From assembly GCA_027001995.1 (NCBI GenBank), contig JALTLO010000027.1, forward strand, positions 1-26,111: DNA of 26,111 nt, read 5' to 3'. Below, piece after piece: positions 7,503 to 17,569 of this stretch. This stretch comes from Planctomycetota bacterium (GTDB taxonomy: Bacteria > Planctomycetota > GCA-002687715 > DRQF01). The notes under the pieces are model-generated. The model worked only from the letters and a program-made list of their open reading frames with translations, had not been told where the DNA came from and ran no database searches. The position numbers and the translations under genes are program-made. Within the stretch, counting starts at the first letter, position 1; the number at the start of each line of letters is the position of its first letter.

Positions 7503-8644
7503 CGGCATGTTTCCTGAACCGATGCGATGACATAGTCAACGTCAGAATCAGACATGGCTGGATAAATGGGCAGAGAAACATGAGTTCGCCAATAATGCTC
7601 GGCCACCGGAAAAGCACCGCTTCCTAATTTCAGTTTCTTTTGCGGTCCAAGGAGAAGATGAACTGGCTTAAAATGAACGGAAGTCCCAACTCCCCGAGCA
7701 AACAAGGCATCCACCAGGAAGTCTTGCGTGAGAGAAGAAGCTCCCGTCAATTCTAAGGCATAGACATGACGAGCGTGAAATCCTTCCAAGGGGATCTGGG
7801 GGGTGTCGATGGTAGGAATCTCGGCGAAGGCCTCATCGTATCGCTTACTGATTTCTTGCCGTCGCTTGGTCATAGAATCCAGGCGTTTCAATTGTTCTAA
7901 TCCAATGGCCGCAGCGATGTCAGACATATTGGCTTTCAAGCCAATCTCGGGAACATCGTAGAACCGAAAGCCCTGGCCATCCTCTCGCTGCCAAGCGTCC
8001 TTGTCGATTCCATGAAGTCGCAACCTCTTGGCCCGTTCATAGACTTCTTCGTTGGCAAGAGTAAGCAGGCCGCCCTCCCCGGTGGTGAGATTCTTGGTGG
8101 CATAGAAACTGAAAGCGCTGCCATCACCAACGGCACCCACCTTGCCAGCATCGCTCACGGTTTCAAATGCGTGTGCCCCATCATCAATGAGAAGAAGCCC
8201 ATGAGCGTCGGCAATAGCTTTGATGGCCTTCATGGGGGCCGGACAGCCCGCCAAATGAACGGGCATGATGGCCTTGGTCTTCGAGGTGATAGCGGCTTCA
8301 ATTCCTTGAGCATCCAAGTTGCCATTCACGGGGTCCACATCGACCAGTTTGACCTCGGCCCCCACGCGCCAAATGGAAGCCAAGGTCGCCACAAAAGTCA
8401 AAGGCGTGGTGATGACCTCATCCCCCGGACCAACACCCAACGACAAAAGTGCCAATTCAAGACCATCCGTGCAAGAAGACACCGACAGGGTGAAGCGGGA
8501 ACCCAAGTAAGTTGAGCAAGCCTCCTCGAAGGCAGCAACCCGAGGACCAGACGTCAACCAGCCCGACGTCATGACTTGGGCCACGGCGGCTTCTTCTTGA
8601 GGACCCAGGTTAGGCCGATGAAACGGTACTTCCCGATGCTTCAC
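7499..8644 (-). CDS. DegT/DnrJ/EryC1/StrS family PLP-dependent sugar aminotransferase
   Basis: SGWLTSGP, GPGDEVIT, IMPVHLAG, DDGAHA, FSFYATKNLTTGEGG (PLP Lys), SLPIYP. GTGA overlap with the upstream gene. Confidence 0.95.
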   Translation of the reverse strand: MKHREVPFHRPNLGPQEEAAVAQVMTSGWLTSGPRVAAFEEACSTYLGSRFTLSVSSCTDGLELALLSLGVGPGDEVITTPLTFVATLASIWRVGAEVKLVDVDPVNGNLDAQGIEAAITSKTKAIMPVHLAGCPAPMKAIKAIADAHGLLLIDDGAHAFETVSDAGKVGAVGDGSAFSFYATKNLTTGEGGLLTLANEEVYERAKRLRLHGIDKDAWQREDGQGFRFYDVPEIGLKANMSDIAAAIGLEQLKRLDSMTKRRQEISKRYDEAFAEIPTIDTPQIPLEGFHARHVYALELTGASSLTQDFLVDALFARGVGTSVHFKPVHLLLGPQKKLKLGSGAFPVAEHYWRTHVSLPIYPAMSDSDVDYVIASVQETCR

Positions 8645-10344
8645 GAGGGCTCCTTATCGATGCGGGCCATCCAATGACTTCGAAGGCAAGCGATTTTTTC
8701 GAGCCCTGACGTCAGCCAAGGAGCCCAATGAATTGTCCAACGAATAAGTGGAGGGATCAGGGTAAGGGAATTCGTAGTGATCGCATAGCGCCTTGAGCCC
8801 AGAAGATTCTTGAGGGCCGTTGGAGGAAATTTCCCCGTCTCTCCTAGGGGGCGTCGCCACTTCATGTCATGGACCAAAAGCCAACCTCCCGGCTTAAGAA
8901 CGCGCCAGGATTCTGCCAAAATCTGTCGGCGCATTTCCCCATTCTGAATGGAGGAGAAAACCAAGGAGATAACAATGCCATCGATGGTTGAGTCCTTAAG
9001 AGGAAGGGAACTCCCACAACCGTGATGGAAAGTCGCCTGTGGCAAGCGAGCTTGGGCCGCGGCGATGCGAGTCGCGGACAAGTCAACCCCTATGAGATCG
9101 TCTTCCGCCACCCCCAGACCCTCGAGAGCCATCATCCAATCTCCGCGGCCGCATCCAAGATCAATAACCTTTTGGCCTAGCCTCACATGCCCCTGCAAGA
9201 GATGTCGGCGAACCTGATCGCGCCCTCGGTCGAGGAACCCTTGAACCAAAGATGATTCTTGGGATTCACTATCCCGGCGGGCGAAAATGGCTTCAATCCG
9301 ACGAGCTTCCCCTGGAGAATGACTTCTTGCTCCCCTTCGGGAGCATAGTCCCAGCAAGAAGCCACATCCGTAAGACATGTGCAAGATCAACTGGGTCAAG
9401 AACACCAAGAAAAGCAGATGAAATGATCCTCGCCGAATGACCGAAGTCAAAGCCGAGAACAGAAGGAAGATCAAGTAGACTCCTTGACTGACCCCATGCA
9501 AGACTCCGATCCAACCACCCCCAACTGCAGCTCCCACTCCCGTGACCAAGAGCCAAAGCACGATCGCCGAAGGCAAAAAGTGGCGCACCTTCATAGCGGC
9601 AGGATGTTTTCTCAGTACCGCTGGCTTCCACAAGCCGTAGGCAAAGTATTGGCGCCACAAACCTCTTGGACTTTCCCGAGGCCGATAGTGGCTGCGGATC
9701 GTCGGATCCAAGTACACAGCCCCACCCCCCGAAAGAATCCGCATGTTGTGCTCGTCATCTTGGTTGCGAACCAGGCTCTCGTCGAAAACCCCGTAGGTGG
9801 TAAAGGTCTTTCTTGGCCAAGCCCCCAAATAGACCGTATCCACAAATTGCGCCTGGTGGCTTGAACGAAATGCCGCGCCTCCGCTGCCCCCCAGTCCCCC
9901 TGTAGCCCAGGCATAGGCCCGTCCCCAAGGTTTCTCGCTTTGAGGCTCTTGGCAACCCCCCACGCAATCAGCGGCGGATCCTTTCAAAGCCCTCAGAACG
10001 CTCTCTAAATAGTCAGGAGCGACCACCGTGTGACCATCAACCCGCACCAGGACCGGAGTCGAAGTCCCGGCGATGGCCAGATTTAAGCCGGCCGCGGCGC
10101 TCCCCTGGGAGTTCTTCAAAACTCGTACATGCAAGCCCGAAGCCTGGACTTGCCAAGCAAACCCTTCCACCAAGCGAAGGGTCTCATCCTCAGAACCTCC
10201 ATCAGCCACCACCACCTCGTATTGCTCTGGAGGCAAGGTCTGATTGGCCAAGGCCGCCAGAGTGTCCTCAATATCCCGAGCTTCGTTTCGAATCGGCAAG
10301 ACTACAGAGATGACCATCGCATTGTCAGATTCAAGGGGAACCAT
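8641..10344 (-). CDS. Fusion of GT2 glycosyltransferase (ExoA-like, with TM helices) and class I SAM-dependent methyltransferase
   Basis: N-terminal ISVVLPIRNE, DGGSED, RVDGH, NQDDEHNMR; about 3 TM segments; C-terminal VIDLGCGRG, GVDLS, LPLKDSTID, RVLKPGGWLLV. Confidence 0.88.
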   Translation of the reverse strand: MVPLESDNAMVISVVLPIRNEARDIEDTLAALANQTLPPEQYEVVVADGGSEDETLRLVEGFAWQVQASGLHVRVLKNSQGSAAAGLNLAIAGTSTPVLVRVDGHTVVAPDYLESVLRALKGSAADCVGGCQEPQSEKPWGRAYAWATGGLGGSGGAAFRSSHQAQFVDTVYLGAWPRKTFTTYGVFDESLVRNQDDEHNMRILSGGGAVYLDPTIRSHYRPRESPRGLWRQYFAYGLWKPAVLRKHPAAMKVRHFLPSAIVLWLLVTGVGAAVGGGWIGVLHGVSQGVYLIFLLFSALTSVIRRGSFHLLFLVFLTQLILHMSYGCGFLLGLCSRRGARSHSPGEARRIEAIFARRDSESQESSLVQGFLDRGRDQVRRHLLQGHVRLGQKVIDLGCGRGDWMMALEGLGVAEDDLIGVDLSATRIAAAQARLPQATFHHGCGSSLPLKDSTIDGIVISLVFSSIQNGEMRRQILAESWRVLKPGGWLLVHDMKWRRPLGETGKFPPTALKNLLGSRRYAITTNSLTLIPPLIRWTIHWAPWLTSGLEKIACLRSHWMARIDKEPS

Positions 10345-10478
10345 GGCTCAGAATAGCCCATTCCACCCCGAGAGGCACGTTTTCGGAGATAAACACAGAT
10401 TGGGACTTTGACCCACCCAGGAGGTTTTTTTACCTTTTCTTCGGAAAGTTGTCAGGAATCTCCTCGGCCAGCCCATCA

Positions 10479-11003
10479 ATGGACGACATGACGAACGCTA
10501 TGAAGACAGACATCAATAAATTCGTCCGAAAACACCAAGATAGCTTAAGGCAATACCTTCGGCTCTTGGGGTGTGCTGACGACATCCTTGATGACTTAGC
10601 CCAGGAGACCTTTCTGGTCTTCCTGCGTAAAGACCCAAGTTTGCCCAGCGATGGAGCCGCTGCCGCCTTCCTCAGGCGAACAGCCATCAATTTGTTGCGC
10701 AACTCAAGACGAATCGACGCCCGTCGAATGGCTATCCTACGCCAAGACGCCGCCGATAGGATCTGGTCTCGCTACCAGTTGGATGCTCGTCCCAGCGCCT
10801 ATGGGGACACCCTACGGGCCTGTTTGAAGGAGCTTCCTCAAAGCATGAACGACACAGTCAATCTTCACTACCGAGATGGCATGTCAGGACCCCAAGTCGC
10901 AGCAGCGAAGGGGCTCAGCGAAGCGGATGTTTGGACCACGCTCAGCCGTGCCCGCAGAAAACTTCGCAACTGCATCAACAGGAAACTGAACCATGAACTT
11001 TGA
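10479..11003 (+). CDS. ECF sigma-70 family RNA polymerase sigma factor
   Basis: Region 2 DDLAQETFL...AFLRRTAINLLRN and region 4 LRACLKELP...LHYRDGMS...VWTTLSRARRKLRNCI. Start uncertain (10449-10500). Confidence 0.92.
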   Translation: MDDMTNAMKTDINKFVRKHQDSLRQYLRLLGCADDILDDLAQETFLVFLRKDPSLPSDGAAAAFLRRTAINLLRNSRRIDARRMAILRQDAADRIWSRYQLDARPSAYGDTLRACLKELPQSMNDTVNLHYRDGMSGPQVAAAKGLSEADVWTTLSRARRKLRNCINRKLNHEL

Positions 11004-12525
11004 TCCTCTGGACGATGGCTTGGAACGAGAGTTTCTTGAACAGAACATGCGCGACATTTTGCAAGGTCGAAGAGACCAAGACCTTGCTGATTCCGTACGT
11101 CTTGCCATGGAAGCAGACGATCAAGAAGGAGAAAAGATGACCACGATCAGCGCAGACAAAACCTGGACCATCGACGAAGAAAAACCACATCGGACTCATC
11201 GAAAATTCTGGACTTACTTGGCCAACGCTGCATCTGTGGCCGCCATCTTTTTCTTGATCGCAATAAACTGGAAAAGTGGCGCCGAGCCCATCCCAGAAAA
11301 CGGTATGCCAAAACTCAATCCCTTGATGCAAGACCAAGACGAAATCGAAGATCACAACGAAGAGTTCAGGCCAGTTGAAGTCCGCAACATGAAGGATGTG
11401 CGAACCATCAAACCTGGAACCCTTGGCATCAACGCCTCTGGCGATGGCGTTACAGACGAGGTCGTGAGCGCAATATGTCGAACACAACCCCAGCTCACCC
11501 ACTTGGAACTGAGACACTGCTGGGTCACAGGTCGAGGCATGCAAGAAATCCGGCGGCTGAGAAATCTTCAATCACTGAACCTCTCCTCGAATCAATATAT
11601 TGATCGAAGTGGATGGATGGTTGTGGGCGATCTCAAGAAAATTAAGTTCCTCAACTTAGCTGTTTTCCTGGGACAGACAGCGGACGTGGTAGACGACAAC
11701 CAAAACACACCCCAACCACCTAAGAAAGGAATTGAAGCTGGGCCATTCTTGATTCCTGTCATCTGCTCATTGCCCGAACTTGAACACCTGAACATCTCCG
11801 GATTTGCCATGACTCCTCCTCAAGTTCGCAATCTATCCCGTGGCGTGGCGGAGAGCCTCACCACCATCGACATTTCTTTTACCCGCCTTAAGAGCTCTAC
11901 CTTAACGTTTTTCGGCACTTGCAAGAACCTTCGCAACATTCGGGCTCTGGGCATGGCCAAGGGCGAAGACTTTCCCCTGACGCCCTTTGTCCTCTTCAAA
12001 GAGCTAACCGAATTGACCATTGGAGCTGGGGGCATGTCCACTGTTGCTTTCGAACAATCCCAACTGGAAGTCTTGCTCAATGCAAAGAACCTGAAGAGAC
12101 TTGAGTTTGTCCGTGTCAACTTCGGTCCCGATCAAATCATGCAATTTGTCGAACGAGTGAAACGGAAGAAACGGGACAAAAACGGGATTCAGGCCCTTCG
12201 TTTCATTTCCTGCAGCGGCTTGAGTGACAAAGAATGTGAAGATTTGAAAACCATGCCCGCGATCAAAGAGATCGCAGTGGTCAACTGTAAAGGTATGAGC
12301 ACGGAGGGACTCCTCCACCTAACCAGGAGTCGCGCTACCCATCTGGATGTGCGCCATTCATTGAAGGGCATCAAGGCCACCCCAGTCATAGCCGCGCTGT
12401 CCAAGAGGCCCGAACTTTCGATTCGCATCTCCAAGGAACAAGAGACTTTGACAGATTTCCAAGGGTTCATTGAAGAAGACATGGGCGATCAAGGAGTCGT
12501 CCTAAAAGCCCAACCAAAGAAATAG
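10993..12525 (+). CDS. Single-pass membrane leucine-rich-repeat protein, probable anti-sigma factor
   Basis: Overlaps the sigma gene by 11 nt. Short acidic N-terminus, TM segment (YLANAASVAAIFFLIAI), then LRRs (LTHLELRHC, LQSLNLSSN, LEHLNISG, LTTIDISFT). Confidence 0.75.
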   Translation: MNFDPLDDGLEREFLEQNMRDILQGRRDQDLADSVRLAMEADDQEGEKMTTISADKTWTIDEEKPHRTHRKFWTYLANAASVAAIFFLIAINWKSGAEPIPENGMPKLNPLMQDQDEIEDHNEEFRPVEVRNMKDVRTIKPGTLGINASGDGVTDEVVSAICRTQPQLTHLELRHCWVTGRGMQEIRRLRNLQSLNLSSNQYIDRSGWMVVGDLKKIKFLNLAVFLGQTADVVDDNQNTPQPPKKGIEAGPFLIPVICSLPELEHLNISGFAMTPPQVRNLSRGVAESLTTIDISFTRLKSSTLTFFGTCKNLRNIRALGMAKGEDFPLTPFVLFKELTELTIGAGGMSTVAFEQSQLEVLLNAKNLKRLEFVRVNFGPDQIMQFVERVKRKKRDKNGIQALRFISCSGLSDKECEDLKTMPAIKEIAVVNCKGMSTEGLLHLTRSRATHLDVRHSLKGIKATPVIAALSKRPELSIRISKEQETLTDFQGFIEEDMGDQGVVLKAQPKK

Positions 12526-12530
12526 ACAGC

Positions 12531-12566
12531 GAAAAAGGAGCGCCACGAACAAGTGGTGCTCCTTTC
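12531..12566. terminator. Bidirectional intrinsic terminator
   Basis: AAAGGAGCGCCAC-GAACAA-GTGGTGCTCCTTT, a 13-bp stem between convergent genes. Confidence 0.8.
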
Positions 12567-12599
12567 GTCAATGAGTAGGACTGTCAGTGCCAAGGTCGT

Positions 12600-14231
12600 C
12601 TAATCAGGGATCTCAACAAACTGGCCGTCATGCTCGGCAGCCAATTTCTGCAACAAACCACCTCCTCCTCCGCCCAAGGAAATGCCATGAATGGCAATGC
12701 GTTGCAGAGAATTGATTTTGCGCATTTCGGCTAAGATCGCTTCTGTCTTGATCAGCCGACCAGCAGAAGGTGAACCGTCCGACAAGAGAAAGATCGTGTC
12801 TGCGGCGATGTCGTAGGATTGGTCGTAAGATCCGCGACCTGCGAACTTAAAAGCTTCCTCTAACCCACCGAACAAGTTGGTCGTGCCATCCGGTTTCTGA
12901 GTTACGATCCACGCCTTCAATGCTTCTTTGTTGGCCTTAGATGCGTAGACCATGTCTTTGCGCCAAGTGCGAATATTGTGGGTGAAAACCACCACGTTGA
13001 AGGTTGCCTTCTTAGGCAAAGAGGAAACGGACCGCACCAATTCCTTGGCCAAACGGTCAATACGACGTTTGCCATTGAGACGAATCAAACCGAAATCTTG
13101 ACTCCCTCCAGCCTTCCCATGATTGCCGGTGAACGTCATGCTGCCACTGAAGTCAAGAACGTAAACGACATGCTTAGAAGTGGTCTCCACACCATAAAAG
13201 CCTGTGCCTCCCCCTTGGGGCTGGGCTTTCTTCTTCCTTCTCCGCATTCCTGCCACCGGTCTTGCACCCTCATCGCCTCGATCAGCCCAATCCGGTGTAG
13301 GCGCATTTGCGGTTTCACTAGGCGTCCCCAAGAGACTGCCATTTTCGTCGATCCACTTCTTCCATAGGTGTCTGTTCTTGCGAAAGTTTTCGCCGGTCAG
13401 ATAGCGCAGCGCAGTGATAGCATCTGTCTTGAGTCGACCATCTTCGCGCTCAAGGCAGGCCACAAGAAATTCTGCCGCCCTCTTCCCTCCCACTTTCTTC
13501 AAAACACGAATTGCCTGGGCTCGAACAGGCCAAACTGTGTCTTCAATGCACACGAGAGCCAGCCGCATGGCTCGTTTTCCGCCCCATGCTTCAGCGGCGA
13601 TGAGAGCGCGCAAACGATCTAACTCATTCTTGGAAGCAACCAACTTGTTCAAGAAAAGGCCCACCTCAGGTAAATCGCATCCGATGAGGATCTTCAACAT
13701 GACCAACTTATCGTTGACGTCGCGACTTTTCTTGTAAGCCTTGATCATGGTCTTAAGGGCGTCGGCCTGATCGGCTTCGGGAAATTGGGCCACCAGCTTG
13801 CCAACAGTCTCCTGAAGAGCGGCAACGAACTCGCGGATCTCCTTGACAGCGCGATTCTTAGCTTTCAGCTCTTCTTTCTTCTCTGCCAACTCAGAGACAT
13901 TGCTTTGATTCACATTGCCAGGGCCACCACGACGAGCTTTGTTGATTTTGGTTTGCAAGAACTGAATGCGCGTATCGATCTCAGCGAGGGACTCTTCCGC
14001 CGCCGAAAGGTTCTTCGACGCATTCCGTATCCTCACGATCACAAAGCGCAAAGTCTTGCTATCCACGTGGGCGCTCATGTCCCGGGCAGCTTGAAGTCTG
14101 TCTTGGTGTGTTTCCGGAGAATACTTACGCTGCAGAATACGCCGAAGAGAGCCGAAGCTCTGAGCCTCCAGGACAGACGTCGTCCCCAAAGCGAGGAAGA
14201 GAAAAAGACAAACCCGGACAGTGGTTTTCAT
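12600..14231 (-). CDS. Secreted HEAT-repeat plus von Willebrand factor A domain protein
   Basis: Signal peptide, coiled coil, HEAT repeats (WPVRAQAIRVLKKVG, LKTDAITALRYLTG), vWA MIDAS motif VYVLDFSGSM, GTTN, IFLLSDGSP. Confidence 0.85.
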   Translation of the reverse strand: MKTTVRVCLFLFLALGTTSVLEAQSFGSLRRILQRKYSPETHQDRLQAARDMSAHVDSKTLRFVIVRIRNASKNLSAAEESLAEIDTRIQFLQTKINKARRGGPGNVNQSNVSELAEKKEELKAKNRAVKEIREFVAALQETVGKLVAQFPEADQADALKTMIKAYKKSRDVNDKLVMLKILIGCDLPEVGLFLNKLVASKNELDRLRALIAAEAWGGKRAMRLALVCIEDTVWPVRAQAIRVLKKVGGKRAAEFLVACLEREDGRLKTDAITALRYLTGENFRKNRHLWKKWIDENGSLLGTPSETANAPTPDWADRGDEGARPVAGMRRRKKKAQPQGGGTGFYGVETTSKHVVYVLDFSGSMTFTGNHGKAGGSQDFGLIRLNGKRRIDRLAKELVRSVSSLPKKATFNVVVFTHNIRTWRKDMVYASKANKEALKAWIVTQKPDGTTNLFGGLEEAFKFAGRGSYDQSYDIAADTIFLLSDGSPSAGRLIKTEAILAEMRKINSLQRIAIHGISLGGGGGGLLQKLAAEHDGQFVEIPD

Positions 14232-14626
14232 AGTGGACTTTCCGTGAAGAATCTAGGCTTGAAGATCAGGTGGTTCGATCTCTTGACTTGGGGATATTAA
14301 CGATGAATTCCACCATTAGGAAATTCTGCCGGAATTGATTTCCCAACCGCCTTGGCAACTGTAAGTTTGCTATTACAAGCATGACATTGCCATTGCTGGG
14401 ATGGTTAAAATGCGCAGAGTAGAACTCCAGACCCAGCAGCAGGACAATTGTCGCAAATGAAGATCGTATTGGACGTTGCGTTGATCCCGGACGAGAAGAC
14501 GAGGAGCCAAACCAACCCTCAGGCGCCGTCATTTCGGACTCTTTGCTGAAAATTCTGTTTTCTTGCATCCCTTTGATCATCTCAGGCCCCTACCCCGGTG
14601 TAGAGAACAAAGAAAGGATTTACGCC

Positions 14627-17467
14627 ATGACACAACCTCTGATGACCAACCCGGATGTGCTTCTGTCCCAAACTGAATGGCTGCACCATCTTGCCCGACA
14701 ATTGGTGGGCTCACGAGAAGCCCAAGAGGACCTCGTTCAAGAGACCTATCTGCAAGCTTTGTCCCAACCTAACCGAGAAATCGCCCACCCCGGCGCTTTC
14801 TTGGCAAAGGTCATGCGCCGACTGGCCGCTCGAACCACAAGTCGCGATGTCAAACGTGGAACTCTGGAGGCGCGATCCTCGAGGAATCTCAGCCATGGGT
14901 CCACTGAAGATCTTATCGAGCGTATCACGGTCCAAAGAGACTTGGTGAATGTGCTTCTTTCTATGTCGCAAGCTCAAAGAGATGTCTTGATTCTTCGGTT
15001 CTATGAGGACATGGGTCCAACAGAAATCGCTGCCCGTTTGGACATTCCCTTGGCAACAGCGAAATCAAGACAACAAAGAGGATTGGAAGTGCTGCGGGAG
15101 AAGCTAACGAACTTCTACGGCACCGACCGTGACTTCCGCTTGGCATTGGCACCTCTCGTGGCGCTTGCACACTTCGGGCCCAAAGCAGGTTCCACCACCC
15201 TATTCGGCTACGCCAGCTTTAAGGTTGCTGCCGCCTTTTTGATTGCCTTAAGTTCATGGGGCCTCTTTCAATTGCTGAGCGAAGACACTTCGGATGTTCG
15301 AGAATTGTCCAACTTGGGAGTGATCGAAGAAGAGGCTCGACCACAGATCGGGCGATCTCCAGGATACCAGCTCAAACAAAAAGAAGTCGCCCAAGTCCTG
15401 CCACAGGCGAAGAACATCATCCAAGTGCAAGATGCAGATGGCAAGTTGATCACTGATGTACCCATCGCCATCACGGCCCAAGTCCTGTCAAAGAAGACAA
15501 CGATTTGGCGAGGCAAGACAACAGGCTCCCAAGGCACGATCGACATATCTGATGGTTTGGCAGTGGTGGTCAAGGATAACCGCTGCGCCATCTACCGAGC
15601 CAGCTTTGGATTCCCCATTCTTGGGGGGCTCCAAAGCGAGATAGATCCAATCAAAGGATTAGAAGACCCGCTGGTGGCCACTCTTCCCCCCGTGGGCAAG
15701 CTCCAGATCAACCTCTTTGATCAATCGGGCAAACCATTCACCAAAGAAATCACTGTCACCTTCAATGGTCTTGCGCAGCCCGACGACTCCAGCGGTTACC
15801 TCTCATCCTACGTCGCCCAACCTTCGGAAGGCCAAGTGACTCTCCCTTATGTTGGTTTGGGCCTTCATCTCTTGGTGGAATTCACGGACCCCCATGGCAA
15901 AAGGCCAGCGCAAACGTTGAAGCTCCTAGGGCCCAAGACATCAGAGAAAGCGCTGGTTGTCTCCTTCACTGTGGCAGACGACTATCCCACCATCGAAGGA
16001 AAATTGGTCGACAAGAACGGCTCACCTGTGGCCAAAGCCACATTCCGCGCTGCCTTCGCAGACGACGAGAAAGTAGATTTCAGGGACTTCAAAGCCAGAC
16101 GCCGAATGCGTCAAGTACGTCGCCCTTTCATGATCGAAACCGATAACCGCGGCAAGTTCACCGCAACATGGCCTCGCCCGCCATCATTCCAAGGCAAGAC
16201 TGAACTCGTCATCGGGGAACACGTAGCCAGAGGCGGTGCATCCGTTGGCCGTGCAGCCCGGGTAGCTCTCCCAGCAGCCGTCAACAACACAAGCATCGAT
16301 GTGGGAACGCTCAAGCTTGACGGTGGCGGGCGTCTCATCCGTGGGCAGGTGGTGGACGTAGATGGGAAACCAATTGAGGGGGCCTACGTCACCTTAACTC
16401 CCCTCGGCAAAGGACGATCCTTGACCACAACCCGCACAACTCTATCGGGATCTTTTGCCATCGAGGGAAGTTCAGAGATCAAGAGAGCGAGCGTTCGGGT
16501 TAGGTGCCCAGGTTATGCTCGCCCAACGGGTTTGGAGTTCGACCTCGCAATCAAGAACCATCGCATTGTGCTTTTGCGTGCTGGGAGTCTCAAAGGTTCG
16601 ATCCATCTTCAATCGCCAACAGACGCTTGGGGTATGAGCATCCAAACAGCTCGCCAAACTGAAACCACATTTCGTGGCAAGACGTTTTCTCGTCGTCGCC
16701 ACAGTCGGCCTTTGACCGTTGAGGACGATGCCATTCGAAGAGATGGCTCCTTCATCATCGACAACATCGCTCCAGGCCAAGTGGATGTCGAAATCCTTGT
16801 GGGAGGTGAGGTAGTCAAGACCATCGCAAGGTTAGAGGTGAAAGCCGGCAGGGAATCCACGCCAAAAGCGCTCCAGAGCATCCAGCTCAAGAAACGTTCG
16901 CCAATCGTCTGCATTCAACTCTTGGACGACCAAGGCAAACCCATGGCCGGTCGAACAGTGGGAACAACGAAGACCCGAAAAGGAAGTCGTACAATCCAAA
17001 CCTCTAACACCACCGCCAAATTGGACGAAGATGGCAGCCTCTATCGGGCCGCACCACAGAACTCCACCAAGACCGTGGACCTAGCCATTCCTGGGTGGAA
17101 AGCTGTTTCCGTCAAGGCAATCAAACCCAAAACGGTCGTGCACTTAGAGCGAGGCCCCAAGATCGAATTCGAGTTCCCTGACTACGAGAACTTTCAGGGC
17201 GAGAACATAGTCCTCAAGCTGCAAAGAAAGCTCGGGCGACCAACCCGAGAACTCAATCCTGCGGTTCGAATCATGCATCGCTACACCACCGCCCTGGTTG
17301 ACGGCAAGGCTACACTGTTCGTCTCCGCCTATGGCGACTTCAATCTTGATGTGGAAGTGGAGAACAACAAGAATTCGAAAGTTAAGTTCACACCATCAAC
17401 GCTGATAATTGAGAAGATGGTGACCCAAGTGAAGCTCAAGAAGACCAAAGCACCTCAGAAGAAGTGA
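14627..17467 (+). CDS. ECF sigma factor fused to a TM helix and extracytoplasmic carboxypeptidase-regulatory-like beta-sandwich domains
   Basis: SD GAAAGGA before ATG 14627. EDLVQETYLQAL and RDVLILRFYEDMGPTEIAARLDIPLATAKSRQQRGL; TM segment VAAAFLIALSSWGLFQLL; repeats IEGKLVDKNGSPVAKA and IRGQVVDVDGKPIEGAYV. Confidence 0.88.
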   Translation: MTQPLMTNPDVLLSQTEWLHHLARQLVGSREAQEDLVQETYLQALSQPNREIAHPGAFLAKVMRRLAARTTSRDVKRGTLEARSSRNLSHGSTEDLIERITVQRDLVNVLLSMSQAQRDVLILRFYEDMGPTEIAARLDIPLATAKSRQQRGLEVLREKLTNFYGTDRDFRLALAPLVALAHFGPKAGSTTLFGYASFKVAAAFLIALSSWGLFQLLSEDTSDVRELSNLGVIEEEARPQIGRSPGYQLKQKEVAQVLPQAKNIIQVQDADGKLITDVPIAITAQVLSKKTTIWRGKTTGSQGTIDISDGLAVVVKDNRCAIYRASFGFPILGGLQSEIDPIKGLEDPLVATLPPVGKLQINLFDQSGKPFTKEITVTFNGLAQPDDSSGYLSSYVAQPSEGQVTLPYVGLGLHLLVEFTDPHGKRPAQTLKLLGPKTSEKALVVSFTVADDYPTIEGKLVDKNGSPVAKATFRAAFADDEKVDFRDFKARRRMRQVRRPFMIETDNRGKFTATWPRPPSFQGKTELVIGEHVARGGASVGRAARVALPAAVNNTSIDVGTLKLDGGGRLIRGQVVDVDGKPIEGAYVTLTPLGKGRSLTTTRTTLSGSFAIEGSSEIKRASVRVRCPGYARPTGLEFDLAIKNHRIVLLRAGSLKGSIHLQSPTDAWGMSIQTARQTETTFRGKTFSRRRHSRPLTVEDDAIRRDGSFIIDNIAPGQVDVEILVGGEVVKTIARLEVKAGRESTPKALQSIQLKKRSPIVCIQLLDDQGKPMAGRTVGTTKTRKGSRTIQTSNTTAKLDEDGSLYRAAPQNSTKTVDLAIPGWKAVSVKAIKPKTVVHLERGPKIEFEFPDYENFQGENIVLKLQRKLGRPTRELNPAVRIMHRYTTALVDGKATLFVSAYGDFNLDVEVENNKNSKVKFTPSTLIIEKMVTQVKLKKTKAPQKK

Positions 17468-17569
17468 GAAGGTTTCCCTTCCCCCAACATGGGAGAACAG
17501 GGCCCGCGCCGACGAACTCTGAATTGAACTTCGCAATTCGCGATGAGAGAGGATCAAAACGAATCAAGA

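Noticed and set aside
14266..14580. 104-aa minus-strand ORF between divergent genes
   Set aside because: No motifs or SD; it covers the probable divergent promoter region.
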